From NCBI GenBank assembly GCA_964035545.1, contig OZ037773.1:2819751-2883750 (forward strand): DNA of 64,000 nt. Reading direction: 5' to 3'. Numbering within the stretch: position 1 is the stretch's first letter; each line of letters begins with the position of its first letter. Positions 44,479 through 58,000 of the stretch are shown piece by piece. Source of the DNA: Bugula neritina (Eukaryota > Animalia > Bryozoa). The position numbers and the translations under genes were made by a program. The notes beneath the pieces are model-generated. The model worked only from the letters and a program-made list of their open reading frames with translations, searched no databases and was not told the origin of the DNA.

Positions 44479-46074
44479 ACCAACATTCATAAAAGAGTTT
44501 GTTGATATTGCTAGTACTGCATTCATTTAGTTATTACTCATAAACCTTATCAACATGCTACTGCTCCAGTTGTACACTGGCAATAATTTCAATTCAAATG
44601 AGTCAGTTGTGATATTTGACAAAATTGTTGTTATTAATGTACACCTAAAAATTGTTTTCACTAAGCACTTGGAATGTTCTGCGTGTTAGCAATCAAGGTA
44701 TATTAAAGGATATTGGTTGTGATGTTTTCAGAAGAAAATATATGTAGAGCAAATTGAAATTAATTTCAAATGTTAAGATTCTGAAACCCTTTCTACATCA
44801 TCTACCCTTCAGTACATGGTAGTACTGCTGCTACCCATAAATTGAAGCAATTAGACCAGAAAATCAAAATGAATGAGAAAATCCCAAGTGAGATTTTGCA
44901 AAAGTAAACAAATAATGAATATATGAATCCTATTAGACAACTGAAAAACATTAGCATCTGGTCACTAGTGCCATACAGACTAATGAAAACTTGAACATTT
45001 CAACACACTTTCTAAACTTAAGTATTAAAAACTGATTTCAAGATACTGCCTATATTGATCAACGTAAACCAGATTATAAAACTGCATTGTATTACTACAG
45101 GTGAAACTCAACTATTGAGTTGTCTTCCCTAATAAAATATGTAACACTGCTTCATAGCCTTAGCTCAATAGCCTTGTGTTCACTGTCACAGCTACTTTCA
45201 AATATGTAGAGACAGTATACCTACAAATATTCTATAAAAAATAACTTATCATTTAGGAACAAAAACTGATGACTTTACTTGAAAATTACTTTACTAAGGC
45301 TATACAGCTTACACCAACTGTATGCTTGAAGTTCGGGCTGTGGGCACATGAGCCAAGGGCAGTATGTCAATCTATTAACCATAAACCAACAATTATTTTA
45401 CATGAAGGATATTTTCTCACTTAGTATAATCCAGAAACAGATTAAAAACGCATTTCACTTTCTTTCTTCAGTTTAGCTTCCTATTACAATTAAAACATTT
45501 TTTGACTTTGAAATTGAAAAATATTTGAAGTCAGGTTCCTCGTTGTGATTATTTCGTAGAGCAGCAAAGGATTTAAAAACTGATTTCTTCAAATTGGAAA
45601 TACACGCTTGGCTTTTATTTTATAAGTAACATACTTGCTAATATATTTCAATGGACGGCAGAATGCATGAGTAAAAGTTAGGAAACTACAATACTTGGTA
45701 ACTAATTAATGTAGAAAAATAAAATTCTCGGAATTACATAAGAAAATACCAACCGCTAAGACAACTTCAGCCAATAAATATCAAGTAAAACTTTGGCATA
45801 TATCTGGACAAGAGGCGAATAAAATAGAATAAATAATGAACAGGCAGAATTGAGTATCATACAGCTATGTAATTCTACTTCAATAAAAAATTCATGCAAC
45901 ATATAAGTGTATATTAGAGTAACAAATAGTAAAGTCTAGAAGTATGCATAGGTAATTGGATTGTCAGCTGTAATTGTATACTTTATAGAGAAACTGGAGT
46001 CAATTATAGCAATTCCAATTGATACTGATGTCGCTGGAAGAAATAAGTGGAGCTCAAACAAATCATTGACAGAA

Positions 46075-49000
46075 TCATAAGTTGTTTGCTATTGGCCGAA
46101 GAAAGTTACTGGGAACCAATCCTGTTCTGTCTTTGTTCCCAGCAATATAGCCCAAATAAAAACCATCTTCATCCATATCACCTGAAAAACACATGGCAGA
46201 GCTTAATCTTTTTTATTCTAAAATTTATCAGAACAACGTCTTGCATATAAGTTACATAAGAGAGCAGCTGTGTGTGGTCCAACGGTTAGAGCACTGTCTT
46301 AGTAATACAAGGTCAGTGGTTGGACCTCAGGTAAAGGTGATTGGTGATGTCAGAAAGAAGTTTTCAGTCACGACTGCTCCTTCGCCAGAATAGAGTCCTA
46401 GCCTACTTAAACACCCTTTCTATCTTGTCTCTCGAAGGGACCATGACTATACATTTACATGAGTTTATATAAGCATTAAAATGTTATGCTATTGGCTCAA
46501 ACAGAAATTATTAGCATTAGAAAACTTAAGCTGAATAATTTACAAAATTTTATGATCTAAACTAATTGGAAAGCTTAAGGCAAAAACAGAAACCATTCTG
46601 TAAATTTTCAAGAAAATTTGGTAACCAAGAATTTAGGACACTAAACACAGGTGAAGTTTTAACTTGGGTCTATTTGCCACTAAAACTACATAGATGTAAA
46701 AACTTCAGAACATACAATGTTTACTAGATATTGAAAAGTCTTTGACTGCTGGTGTGTCCCCCCCCCCCTTTTGTTCACGAAGTTATACTCACCTTTGACT
46801 ATTAGTGTGTCCCCCCCATGTTTCATGCAGTTACACTCACCTTTGACTATTAGCGTGCCCCCCCCCCCCTGTTTCACGCAGTTAAACTCACCTTTGACTA
46901 TTAGTGTGTCCCCCTGTTTGAAACTCAACTCCTCCTCACAGTTCTTATTTGGTGAAAGCTGCTTTGGGTCATAATCGTAGGCAGCATGCATCCTTCTCTC
47001 TCCTTTCTTCAACTCATTGTCAACATTTATCTCAATCACCAAGTTTCCCGGCACAAGTCCCCTCCTCTTCCCAATCTGATACAGCAAACAGTTCACTTAG
47101 CTTGTGTTACTTATTATATTATTTAGTACATTATGTTATTTAGTATATTATATTAATTTATATATTGTGTTGTTTAGTATATTATATCATACTATTCGGC
47201 ATATTATGTCATATTATATTATTTAGTATATTATTATGTTATTTATTATATTATATCATTTTATTTAGTATAATTATTATATTATTTAGTATATCAAGTT
47301 ATTTAGTATATTATATTATTTATTATATAATGTTATATAGTAGATTATGTTAATTAGTATATCTGCTACCCAATGCATACCTCTCCTATATAAAAGCCGT
47401 CTGCGTCAGCTTCACCAAACACCAAAATAACGTCTTCTGCTCTAAACGACAGCTCCTCATTCTCTGCATTCTTATTGGGCGACATAATCGCAGGATCATA
47501 GTCGTACAGAGCCTTGAATTGCCTCGCGCTGACCTCTATATTCCCTCTCCTAGCCTTAGGTTCTACATTCAACATAATGGTGTTAGGGAGCTCTCATAAA
47601 CAGGGCATTACCGACAATACTTGCAAATAAAATCTATGGCTACTAAACTGAGTGCGAGAAGATATCAATGATTGTAAAACAGACTGATATGCCTGTAAGT
47701 TTGATTATTAACTTTGATATATTACCATTTACTTTCTGATAGCTAGAAAATTTATGAAAGGTGCTTAAATAGTAACTGCATTTATTTTAAAATAGTTTCA
47801 TCTCTAAAAAGTAAGTGATGTGTGAGCGGCAAACCTTTATGTTTGCTCATGCATGAAATCAGGTGACCTCCAGGGAGAAATAGTCATCAATAAAAGGAAG
47901 AAAATGTATAGAATAAAATTACCTTTTAAAACAATACATGACCAAAACACACATACACTATATTTACAAATAGACTTTTCATTTGATGTTTGGTTGCATC
48001 GAATGAGATCACAACCATAAATTCATGCAAACTGCAAATCACAAATTCGTCCATTTTCATAATGTGAAGTAATGGAAACTCAGTGATATAAAAACTTCAA
48101 ATTAAAATATTGAGACATAGTAGACAGATGCGGCTAGATATTTAGCTTTCAGTTCTAGAACAGACCTGTCTTTCTTTGGTGTCTGGTCTTCCTTTCTCCC
48201 GACTTTTCACTTTGTCGTTGAGAGAGTCGCGAGTCTATCTCGTCATCTCGTTTATCAACACCATTACGAGATTTCTCCTACAACAATCAAACATGAGCTT
48301 AACTCTGTCCTCCACAAAACATTCAGAGTAAACACAAAAACATGATGAGTCATATGTTTTATGTTATTTTTATCCTAACATTCTTTTTTCTATTTGGTAT
48401 GAAAATTGCTTTGATTTTGTTGGTTGTATATTTTTACAACAAAAGTATACGTTACTTATGATGTGTTAATCTAATCGATAATAAGGCTAATAACTAACCA
48501 AGCACTTAGGCTATATGTGTGCCATGCTACTATAAGCTGACAAACCTATATCACTGTTAGTAATATGAAAGAGGGGGAGAGAACAGAAATTAATGAAAAC
48601 AGTTGCCAACTTTCACCATAAAGTTGGCAACCACCATCATGACACTATTAATGGCTGAAGATACATATAAATCAGATATAGGAGAAAAAGACTGAAAATT
48701 ATTTACACTAATTGAGAAGATAAATCCTTACACAAATGAACATCTAATTTAGTAAATGGTGAGATGCAGCATAAATGCATGTGATTGTAAATCAACTATG
48801 GGAGTTCAAACACACACTCATCAAAATCTACCAATCAGGACTGAGACGAATATTATATCATTACCTTTAACCTTGCCTGGAACATTAGCAATTATATTAT
48901 AGGTAAATACTGCAAACAGCAGTAGTAATGTAATAAACAATAGAATGTTTATCAGAATGACTATATAAACATCGCAAAATAAAAATAATATTCATAAAAT

Positions 49001-52000
49001 TGGAAAGTTGTAGTAGTGAAACTTTTAGCTGATAAGTTAGTTAACAACTCAAAATCTCAAGCCGAACCACTACATTTCTAAACATACAAGACCGTTTACA
49101 AATGTACCTTGCTAGCCAAAGACTTGATCATCTTCTGCAACGAGCTCTTATTCTGTAAGGGCGAGACACGAGCTTTACCGTGTGGTTTCGAGTCTCCCGC
49201 TTTCTCTGGAGAACTTCCTTCAGTGGATGATAGCTTGTCTACAAATATATGTACTAATTCACTGCTAACAGGGAGTGGCCAGTATAACAGGAAGTGGCCA
49301 ATGTAACAGGAAGTGGCCAGTATAACAGGAAGTTAGCAGCAAAGGAACAAGTCTGCAAAAATCAAAATATAGTATGAGGCTAGACTGAATTTAACAGGTT
49401 CAAGGCAATGACTTTATAGCATAAAGTAGCAAGCTGCTATTACAAATGACCATCAACCAGCAATTCTTCAAATAGAAACATCATACAACTTACCTCGGCC
49501 TCTCGGTGCATTAGACTGACTAATCACTGGAGTTGCTTCACTTGTTCCTGTAATATCAGTCATTGCAAAAAATAAAGCTGCATATAAACTGGAAATTTCA
49601 CAAATTTGCATTCTTTTCCAACTTTTACCAGTGGCCTAAGTATTCAAAAGCTTTTAGACCAAATCTAAATTTATATTTAAAAGTCGGTTTTAATTTCACT
49701 CTAACATAACTACTGCTTCGGTATTCACCTAAAGTGACTGTAGACTCAGAGTTGGACTTTTCATGAGCAGCTGGTGTGGAAGGCTGGGAGGTCACCTCGT
49801 TATTACCAAAATGATCATCTAGATCCAACACTATAGGTGACAAGTATTGTTCAATCTTGCCTTTTCCGGGAAGAATTTTGTTGACAAACTTTGGTGTGGA
49901 GTGGGAGAGCTGCAAGTCAAACCTCAACATTTGAAAGAAAATAGCCTCAGAATCACACCAAGATAGACTCACACGCAGAAGCGCAGAACCCAAAGCAAAG
50001 ATACTAAACACAAGACTGACCATACGAGGGGGAGATTTTGGAGCAATGTGACCATTATTAGAGAAACCGGCATCGTAGCTACGAAGAAAGTCAGCATCTC
50101 CCATGTGAGGGTCGACTTCGGAAAGGAATTTCAGTGGTGGAGTAGGAGATCCATTAGAAACTTCATCCAAAAACTTGTCAAAATTCTAAAAATTTAAAAA
50201 GATATGATTACAGACCACCCACACTCCCGGCACACTGTGTGACCACTTATATTTACTATTTGTAAGAGAATGGCATAGCAACTGCTTGCCAGCTGGTTCC
50301 ACAATTACCCCACCCCTACTTAGTAACAGTTTGCCAAACGAAACTGATGAAAACCAAAAACAAAGTTTACAAAATAGGCATTATTGCATACATGTACTAG
50401 TTGTTGACATAAACAGGGTAAGGTTGTACTTGCTACTATTATACCAGAAACATATAATGCAACGCTATATAACCTATCTTTTAATCACATTGACAACTCT
50501 ACAACTATAATATATGTGTTTAACTATTTTGTCAACATGCATGTCAACACACAGAGACTGTTAAAAATATTTGGTAATAATGATTACTAGTTGCCACTAT
50601 TGAATAGCTAGTGACTCGATCACTCCAGACTTGAACCGATAGAATCTTCAATTACAATTTTAGAAGATAAACGACATAAGACAAAATGTGACTCGCTAAG
50701 ATAAAAAGCATAAACTATAAGTAGTTTGGCAGTCATTTATAAGTTTTCCTGACCTGGAGGAAAGACGATTCCAATTCACCCCCATTGATAGAAGTGAAAT
50801 CCTCGATAGAGGGCATTGTGAAAGAGATAGTAGTAGACAATGAGCTCTTGTTATCTCTAGAAGTCGAGGCCCGGTCTAAGTCAGCACAAGCTGTCACAGT
50901 AACTGTGTACGCAGTTTGAGGCATCAACCCTGCTATATCGACCTGCAAATATAGAGAAGTTGAGACTTATGGTGAGTTATCCGCTCTCTAAGGTGGAATT
51001 ACAAGTCAACACTAGCAGTTTGTCTCAAGTGTCATTCAACTTTTAGTTTCAGTGTTATTTGTGGTTAAATTACATAACTAAAAATATTACTAACTTCCGA
51101 GTCCACGTGAATCTTAAAGCTTTACTAACTTTTTAGTTGAAGTTACTCAAACACGTGCTAATTGTAGTTAAGTTACATAAATCTAAAAGCACTGCTAATT
51201 TTCTGTTGAGTTAAAAAAACCAAACTGTTTTGAGAAAAAATCATGCAACTCCATCGCTAATCACATGACAATATATTAAATAATTGCTGTACTAGAATCG
51301 CTGTATTCGTTCTTTTTCTTCTTTTCCGTTTTCTGTAATACGAGCTATCGTGCTGTTTTTTATAATCCAAATAAATATTTTATTAAATAATAATTAAATC
51401 AGTCAATCAGTTTGCTAGATAAGTTACAACATAAATTAATATAAATATCACAAACGTATTTTATGATTAATACTCCACACAATGGCCACACATTCAACAA
51501 ACTGAATACTGTATATACCTGAAAGAGAGCTGGGCCTAGATTACGAACTTTCTCTTCATTAATATAAACAATATGGTTGAGATTTGAGCTGTGAGGTAGA
51601 AATGTTATTTGAGCAGTTTCAGGATCTTTGGCTATGGCTCTAAGCTCTGAGGGGGGCTGGTGAGGCTCCCCTATTACTATCGTGCAGTGCCACTTATCCG
51701 ATTCACCTAACAAAGTAATAATATTTCTATGCTAACACCTTTCAATCTACTCTGAGAGAAGATATATACTGGTACAGCCATACTTTCAACATAAATATCC
51801 ATTTGTGGAAATTATACTGATAGCATTCAATCCTTCACTAAGCCTCCAAAATTGCTTCCCAAATATTTTAATTTTCAACAGAAAAAACAACATTAAAATT
51901 AATTGAAGATAATATTTAAACATTTAGGGAAATACATTTATTTATGCAAGTTATTCACGTTTGAATTACATATGGGAAAACTTATCAAAGTAATTTGCAA

Positions 52001-55000
52001 AGATAACATACTCTTAGCAGTGGTTAAAATATACTAGAGTCATAAATTGAAGGAAAACTCTAGAGTCGTACGTGAGAGGAATATTCTAGAGTCATCTACA
52101 GATAAAAATGATTCACACACCAAGACTAGTTGTAGCTGTGACAAAGACTCTGTGAGTAATGCTTGACTTGACTCCCTCAATCAGTGCTTTACATCTGGCC
52201 TTGCCATTCAATGACGCTCGCACCTTTCCATCCACATATACATGATAAATGTAGACCACGTCTTTCCCTGCAATGTATCAAATTTGAGTGCCTATGTACT
52301 ATGACAGCACAATAAACCTACAATTTAGAAATATTAGAACCGTACACTTCTCAATGAAATAAATTTGGATTATCATTTTGAGAATATTTGAATCTGGTTT
52401 GCATCAGAAGACTGGAAAGAGAAGAAATTATAGGATTAGGCACTCATCACCACAAGGAGAGCACTGTAGCTTTATGGAAGTGAATTTTGGAACATACAGT
52501 CTTAAAAACAGCATAAACAAGTGTTTCTCAGCCTTCTGGCACAATACAGAAACATCTGAGCTCGCAGCAGTGTAGCACAGGACTTGCTTACCTTCGGGAG
52601 CATCCCAGCCGACTAGAATTCCATTTGCTAGCTGCCTTTCTAAAGTGAGATTCCTAGGATAAGGTGCAAGAGGACGAGGGGTGCTGGGTAACAGACTGCT
52701 GTCATTAAACATAGCACTACTAAACTCTGACAACTCCTTACCAGAAGTTTCAAACTCATCTTCTGGCACTGAGCCAACAACAAACCCGTTAATATCAAAT
52801 TCATAGAGCGGCTCCAATACGTTAGAGGGGATCAGACCGGCTCTTCCGTCTAGTAACTGCCCTTCATAAAATCCTTCCTCATTCATGTCTCCTCCAACAA
52901 ATACATAGTCGCCGGGATTTACCGATATGTCGGGAATTTTCTCCGTAGCAGATAAGGCACTATCAGCCCCAGACCTATCCACTGATTTCGTAGGTGAAGA
53001 CAAAGGGCTATAGATGATGTCATTATAGAAGGATGGATCATACGCAAATTTAGCAATATAAAGATGGTAACAATTGTCGGCAGCGTAAACGGAGATTTGC
53101 TTCATTCCTTCATGCTCCTCTAATTGAGCCTGAAGATCCTTGTTAGTCTGCTGTAGCTGTTGGCGGGAATCATTCAGTTTACTCAACTTGTTTTCGTACG
53201 ACGATGCTAATTCCTGTTTAGTCACTTCTAAGTTGTTTACAGCTTCATCTGCTAATTGTTTAGATTTGGCAATAGCATTTTGACTTTTATTTAAATCTTC
53301 TTCAAGCACAGATATTTGGTGTTGAAAAACTTGATTTTCGCTGTCTTTTTGCTTAACCATTTGCTCTAGAGATTCTCTTTCCTTGACTAGTGAGTCTATT
53401 TCGCTATTTACTGCTAACAAAGATTGCTCAAATTCCTCTGTTGTTTCTCTTTTAGACTTCAGCTCGTCCTCCCGTTCTTCTAGCTTCTTGGATAATTCTG
53501 TGAACTTGTGTAATTGTTCTAAATGACTATTTTCACATTGTACAAGTTTTTCTTCTGCAGTGTCTTTAGCACTAGCTAAGTCACTTATTTCTAGATTTTG
53601 TTTTTCGTTAGCCGCTTCTAATTCTTCAAGTTTAATCTCAAGTTGGTTTTTGCCCTTTTCTGCCTTTTTTAAGTTATTGGCAGTCGTTTCAAGCTTATCT
53701 TGTAGCTGTACAAAAGATTCAAGTTCTAAATCGTGGTTGGATAACTCCCGTGACAAGTCATTTTGCAATGCTTTTATTTGTTCTTCTGCATCATGCAATT
53801 TTTGTTCAAATTCAGAAATCATTGTTTGCTTTTGTAACATCTGATGCTCCAACTCTTTGTTTTTCTTTAGTAAATTCTCAATTTCCTCATCTTTACTAGC
53901 TAAGATATCCCTAGTATCGTTTTTCAGTACTTCGATTCTTCGTTGTGCTTCTACTCGGTTTTGCTCAAGATCAGTTTTCTCTTCACTAGTTTGCTGCAGC
54001 TCGGAGCTTAGTCTATCTACTTCCTGCTCCAGTTTAGCTTTGTGCAGTGTTGCTTGCTTCCGCTCCTTCTCCATTTTTTCTTTAGTAGCATCTAGTTCTT
54101 CTGTTAGAGACAAGACGTTTATTTTCGCCTAAATTTAAAACACAAATTAACATCAATTCTTTTACAACACAAAGTTATCGGGAGAAAAACACAGTACCTA
54201 TTCAGTATTTATTATATCAAGCACCTATTTTTTAAATCCATAAAAACACAATAGCTACTGCCATTGTCAGGAAGTCTGGCAATTTTGATTATTTGGTGAT
54301 GATTAACACTACTAAACTTCCACATTCACACACTTGTATGTACATTCAGACACTTGTATGTACATTCACACACTTGTATGCACATTCACACACTTGTATG
54401 TACATTCAGACACTTGTATGTACATTCAGACACTTGTATGTACATTCACACACTTGTATGCACATTCACACACTTGTATGTACATTCAGACATGCAAAGC
54501 ATGGTTCTACTGACAATTAAACCAAGCTTACGGTCTCCAGCGATGTCACAATATCCTCGTGATCCTGCTGCTGAGAAGTCAGCTCTTCTCTCTCTTCCTT
54601 TAAATCTTCACATTTCAGCTCCAACTGCTTTACCATCTTTCTTAAATCATCTACAATAAAGCTCATTCGTCAATCTAACACTAAATGGTCAATCAAATAT
54701 AATACAGTGAGTGAAACTGCATCAAAACAGAGAAGTAGAGTGAGATACAATTTAGATTATTAAAACAAGCAAAATTGTACCAGCAGACAATAGCAATGTC
54801 GTGTGATTATCATATCTTTGTTTTTTTAAATGCTGTTAAAAAATAAAATTACCCTAAGAAATATTCTAAAATAAAACTAGCAAAGACAAGCACTGCTTTG
54901 TCATCAAGTGGAATTTTATTGTAAATGTTTATAATATAACTATAATATATCAATAAAAATATAAATATTAGCCATATAAGTATATTATATCAATATATAA

Positions 55001-58000
55001 ATATAAACATTGGTAAGAGATTTACCAGACTGCTCCTCCAGAGATGGTATTGTAGAGTGGTTGAGTTCTGTAAGCTGAGACTTGAGTTTCTGTTTCACGT
55101 CAAGCAGTTCAGTAACTCTGTTGGAAAGTACGGAGTTTTCTTCCCTTAACTGTTCTAAATCATTGCCATGTTCTTTTAGCTATAGAAATAAGCAAATTCA
55201 GTTAAAGATTTGCAAGCGAATGATTTGCAATGCTAGTGTTCATAAAACCAGAAGTTTGAACAAGAAAATACAAAGCAATGAAATATCTAATTCATTATCT
55301 TGCTTATTACTTTTCAAAAAATAGTATTTATTTAGTTTAAACATTGAAACCACAGATAATGATTACCTGCTTCTTTGTAGCCTGCAGTTGCCCAGTGAGT
55401 GTTTCAATGTTTAACTCGAGATGTTGTCGTTCTTTATTGTCTCGCACTTCTAGAGATTTATTGAGATCCTGATTCTTGCTATTCAATTTCTCTATGGTAC
55501 GCTGGCATGACTTGTTTTCGTGCTTCAATACTGATATTTCTTCCGTCAATTTATCAACAGTGTCTACAGCATAAGTCATAAGTAAAAAGTAAATGATAAT
55601 TCTTTGTATTTTCAAACATCAGCTTAAAATTTCTTCAGCTGTTCATTTGATAGGCATCATTCCTTAGAAAACCCATAAAGTGCTGTTTTAGTGCAAAGCT
55701 ATTGAATAAATTGGCATTTTTTGCGACGTGGATCTAAAATCTATAAAATGAAAAATAAAATGTATTTAAAATATCCTATGAGCATATTTATATATCAACA
55801 ATTTATTCTGTGATTAAAACTCTCTAACTATAGTCAAACTGTTTGAGATAATGAAAGGCCTGTAACTCCTAGAATTACTTGAGCTCTCTGGTTAAAATTT
55901 ACACACTTTTTATTTATACTTTAGTAGAAACATGTGTTCTTTCATTGCAAAAAAGTGGGCCGTGGTACTCTGTTTGAAGCTAAGGGTGGCAAAAACTGCT
56001 TATAGATTGAGTAATCCATGAATTAAACATTTTGGAAAATTTATGCAGAAGATTTTTATGGGGCCCACAACTCCACATTTAATAAGCAAATCTTGACATC
56101 AAACAATACTAGATGCCAAACTCTTCGCATTTATCAGCAAGTTGATGTGAAACTTCGAAACTGAACATATTTTAAGACCATTACTACACAAAGTGTTTAT
56201 TCTAAATTTGTAGGTAAAAAATTGCCAATAAATCAGTTTAAAGGATTGCTCTATCTTGTCTAATAAATGGCCATTTAGGTCAAACACACATAATATTGTG
56301 TTTTTCTAAGCATGCATTGACAAAAAGCATTTGGCCAAAGGTAGAAAAAGTTAGTTGAAGTTGAGGGTGTAGATTGGTAACAGCCAAAACGCCGATTTTG
56401 AAATGAGCTGGGAAATGTGACGTAACAGCGCCAGCATTCCTGCTGGTCACGTGACTATACAAATGAATAACTATAGAAATATGACTGTGAGATGTGATCT
56501 TTCAGCTCGTAATTTGTATATTTATAGAAGTGCAAATGTGAATTATCTCAATCTATAGTTTTTTGACATTTTAAATAACATGTATGTAATAACATTAGGC
56601 CATATTTTGCTTGTAAACATTAGAAAAAAGCATTGCAAAAACATGCGTTCTTTAGGATGAATGTCTGCGATCGATCTAAACTAGGTCAGATTGCGCAATA
56701 TTATGGGCACACCAAAGCTGACCTATATAGCGCACTGTAACTGCTTGAGTGTTATTGGTTGATTTTGTGCTCAGCAACCTTGAATACTAGCGTTATAGTT
56801 AGCACGTGCAGCATAGTTACTGGCGTTCACACGTCACGTATTAGGCTATTCTTTTTCATGGCTGAAAATTTTACCGCCCTCAAAATTGGAATTTTGAAAA
56901 GCTGTTTTCTAGGCACATATTCCTTTGCAAAGTCACAATTGTTTGCATACACATTAGATTATAGTTCATAATTATAATGTGATTGTAATCAACTAAGATT
57001 GAGCAATCCTTTAAAACCAGCTTCATTATAAAGAAGCAAAAACACAGTCATTGCTATACATGATAACTCAACATTTTATATTATAGTTACTCATATAATT
57101 ACGATGCTATTTTCTTGTTAACGTAAACACCAGCCCGTACCAAAATCTGACAGCAGTTATGAGTAAACAATACAGCTCCTTATTAGTCATACCAGTTAAA
57201 TGATCTCTTTCCTTAGTCACACTATTATTAGTAGCAGTTAGCTGTAAACACTTCTTTTCAGCTGCCGAGAATAGTTCTTGCAGATTTGTCTTCTCTTTTC
57301 TCTCAGTACCTGATACAGCATTGCATAGCCACACTAGATTTTAGCAGAGCACACTCAACACATTTTAGATACAACTGCAAACAGCATAAAATGTTTTTAA
57401 TGAACCCACAATCAGCGATAGTAATAGTGCAACTTAGCAAATACAGAGCCTGCAGTAGCAAATTTGTACATTAGCCAACAACAGAAGAAATATATCTTAA
57501 TCGTGTTCATTCCAGCATCTGCACAGAGCTAAATGATTCATTTTTAGTAAAATAAATTATAAGTATTCCAGCATAACTTCAATATAAACTAAGTTTAGGC
57601 ATACAAGTCTAAAGCATGTCAAAACATGCAAAGTTAATCCAATGAAAATATCTAGATATTTAATTTATTTATACTTTCTTTCATCTCAGTTGCAAGCAAA
57701 ATTTACCTGACATATATATTTTTACGTATAGTACTAAACAAACCTAGCTCCTGCTCCACTTCACCGAGACGACTTCTGAACCCCTCAAACTCTCTCTCTA
57801 ACTTCTCCTTCTCCTCAACCAAAGCTGTGTATTTGTCTTGTAGACTGTCATAGTCTGCTTGCATGTTAAATAGAGTGGCTTTAGATTCAGAGTCATCTCC
57901 CCCCAAACCTGTATCCATATTGCTACATTATAATATTACTTGCGTCTGTTCCAACTACCAGGTATATAGAAACTCAGACTGCACAATGATTAAAAGCTTT

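Noticed and set aside
48602-48631. 12-bp perfect hairpin gttgccaacttt/aaagttggcaac as a terminator
   Set aside because: Eukaryotic intron with no supporting context; probably a repeat remnant.
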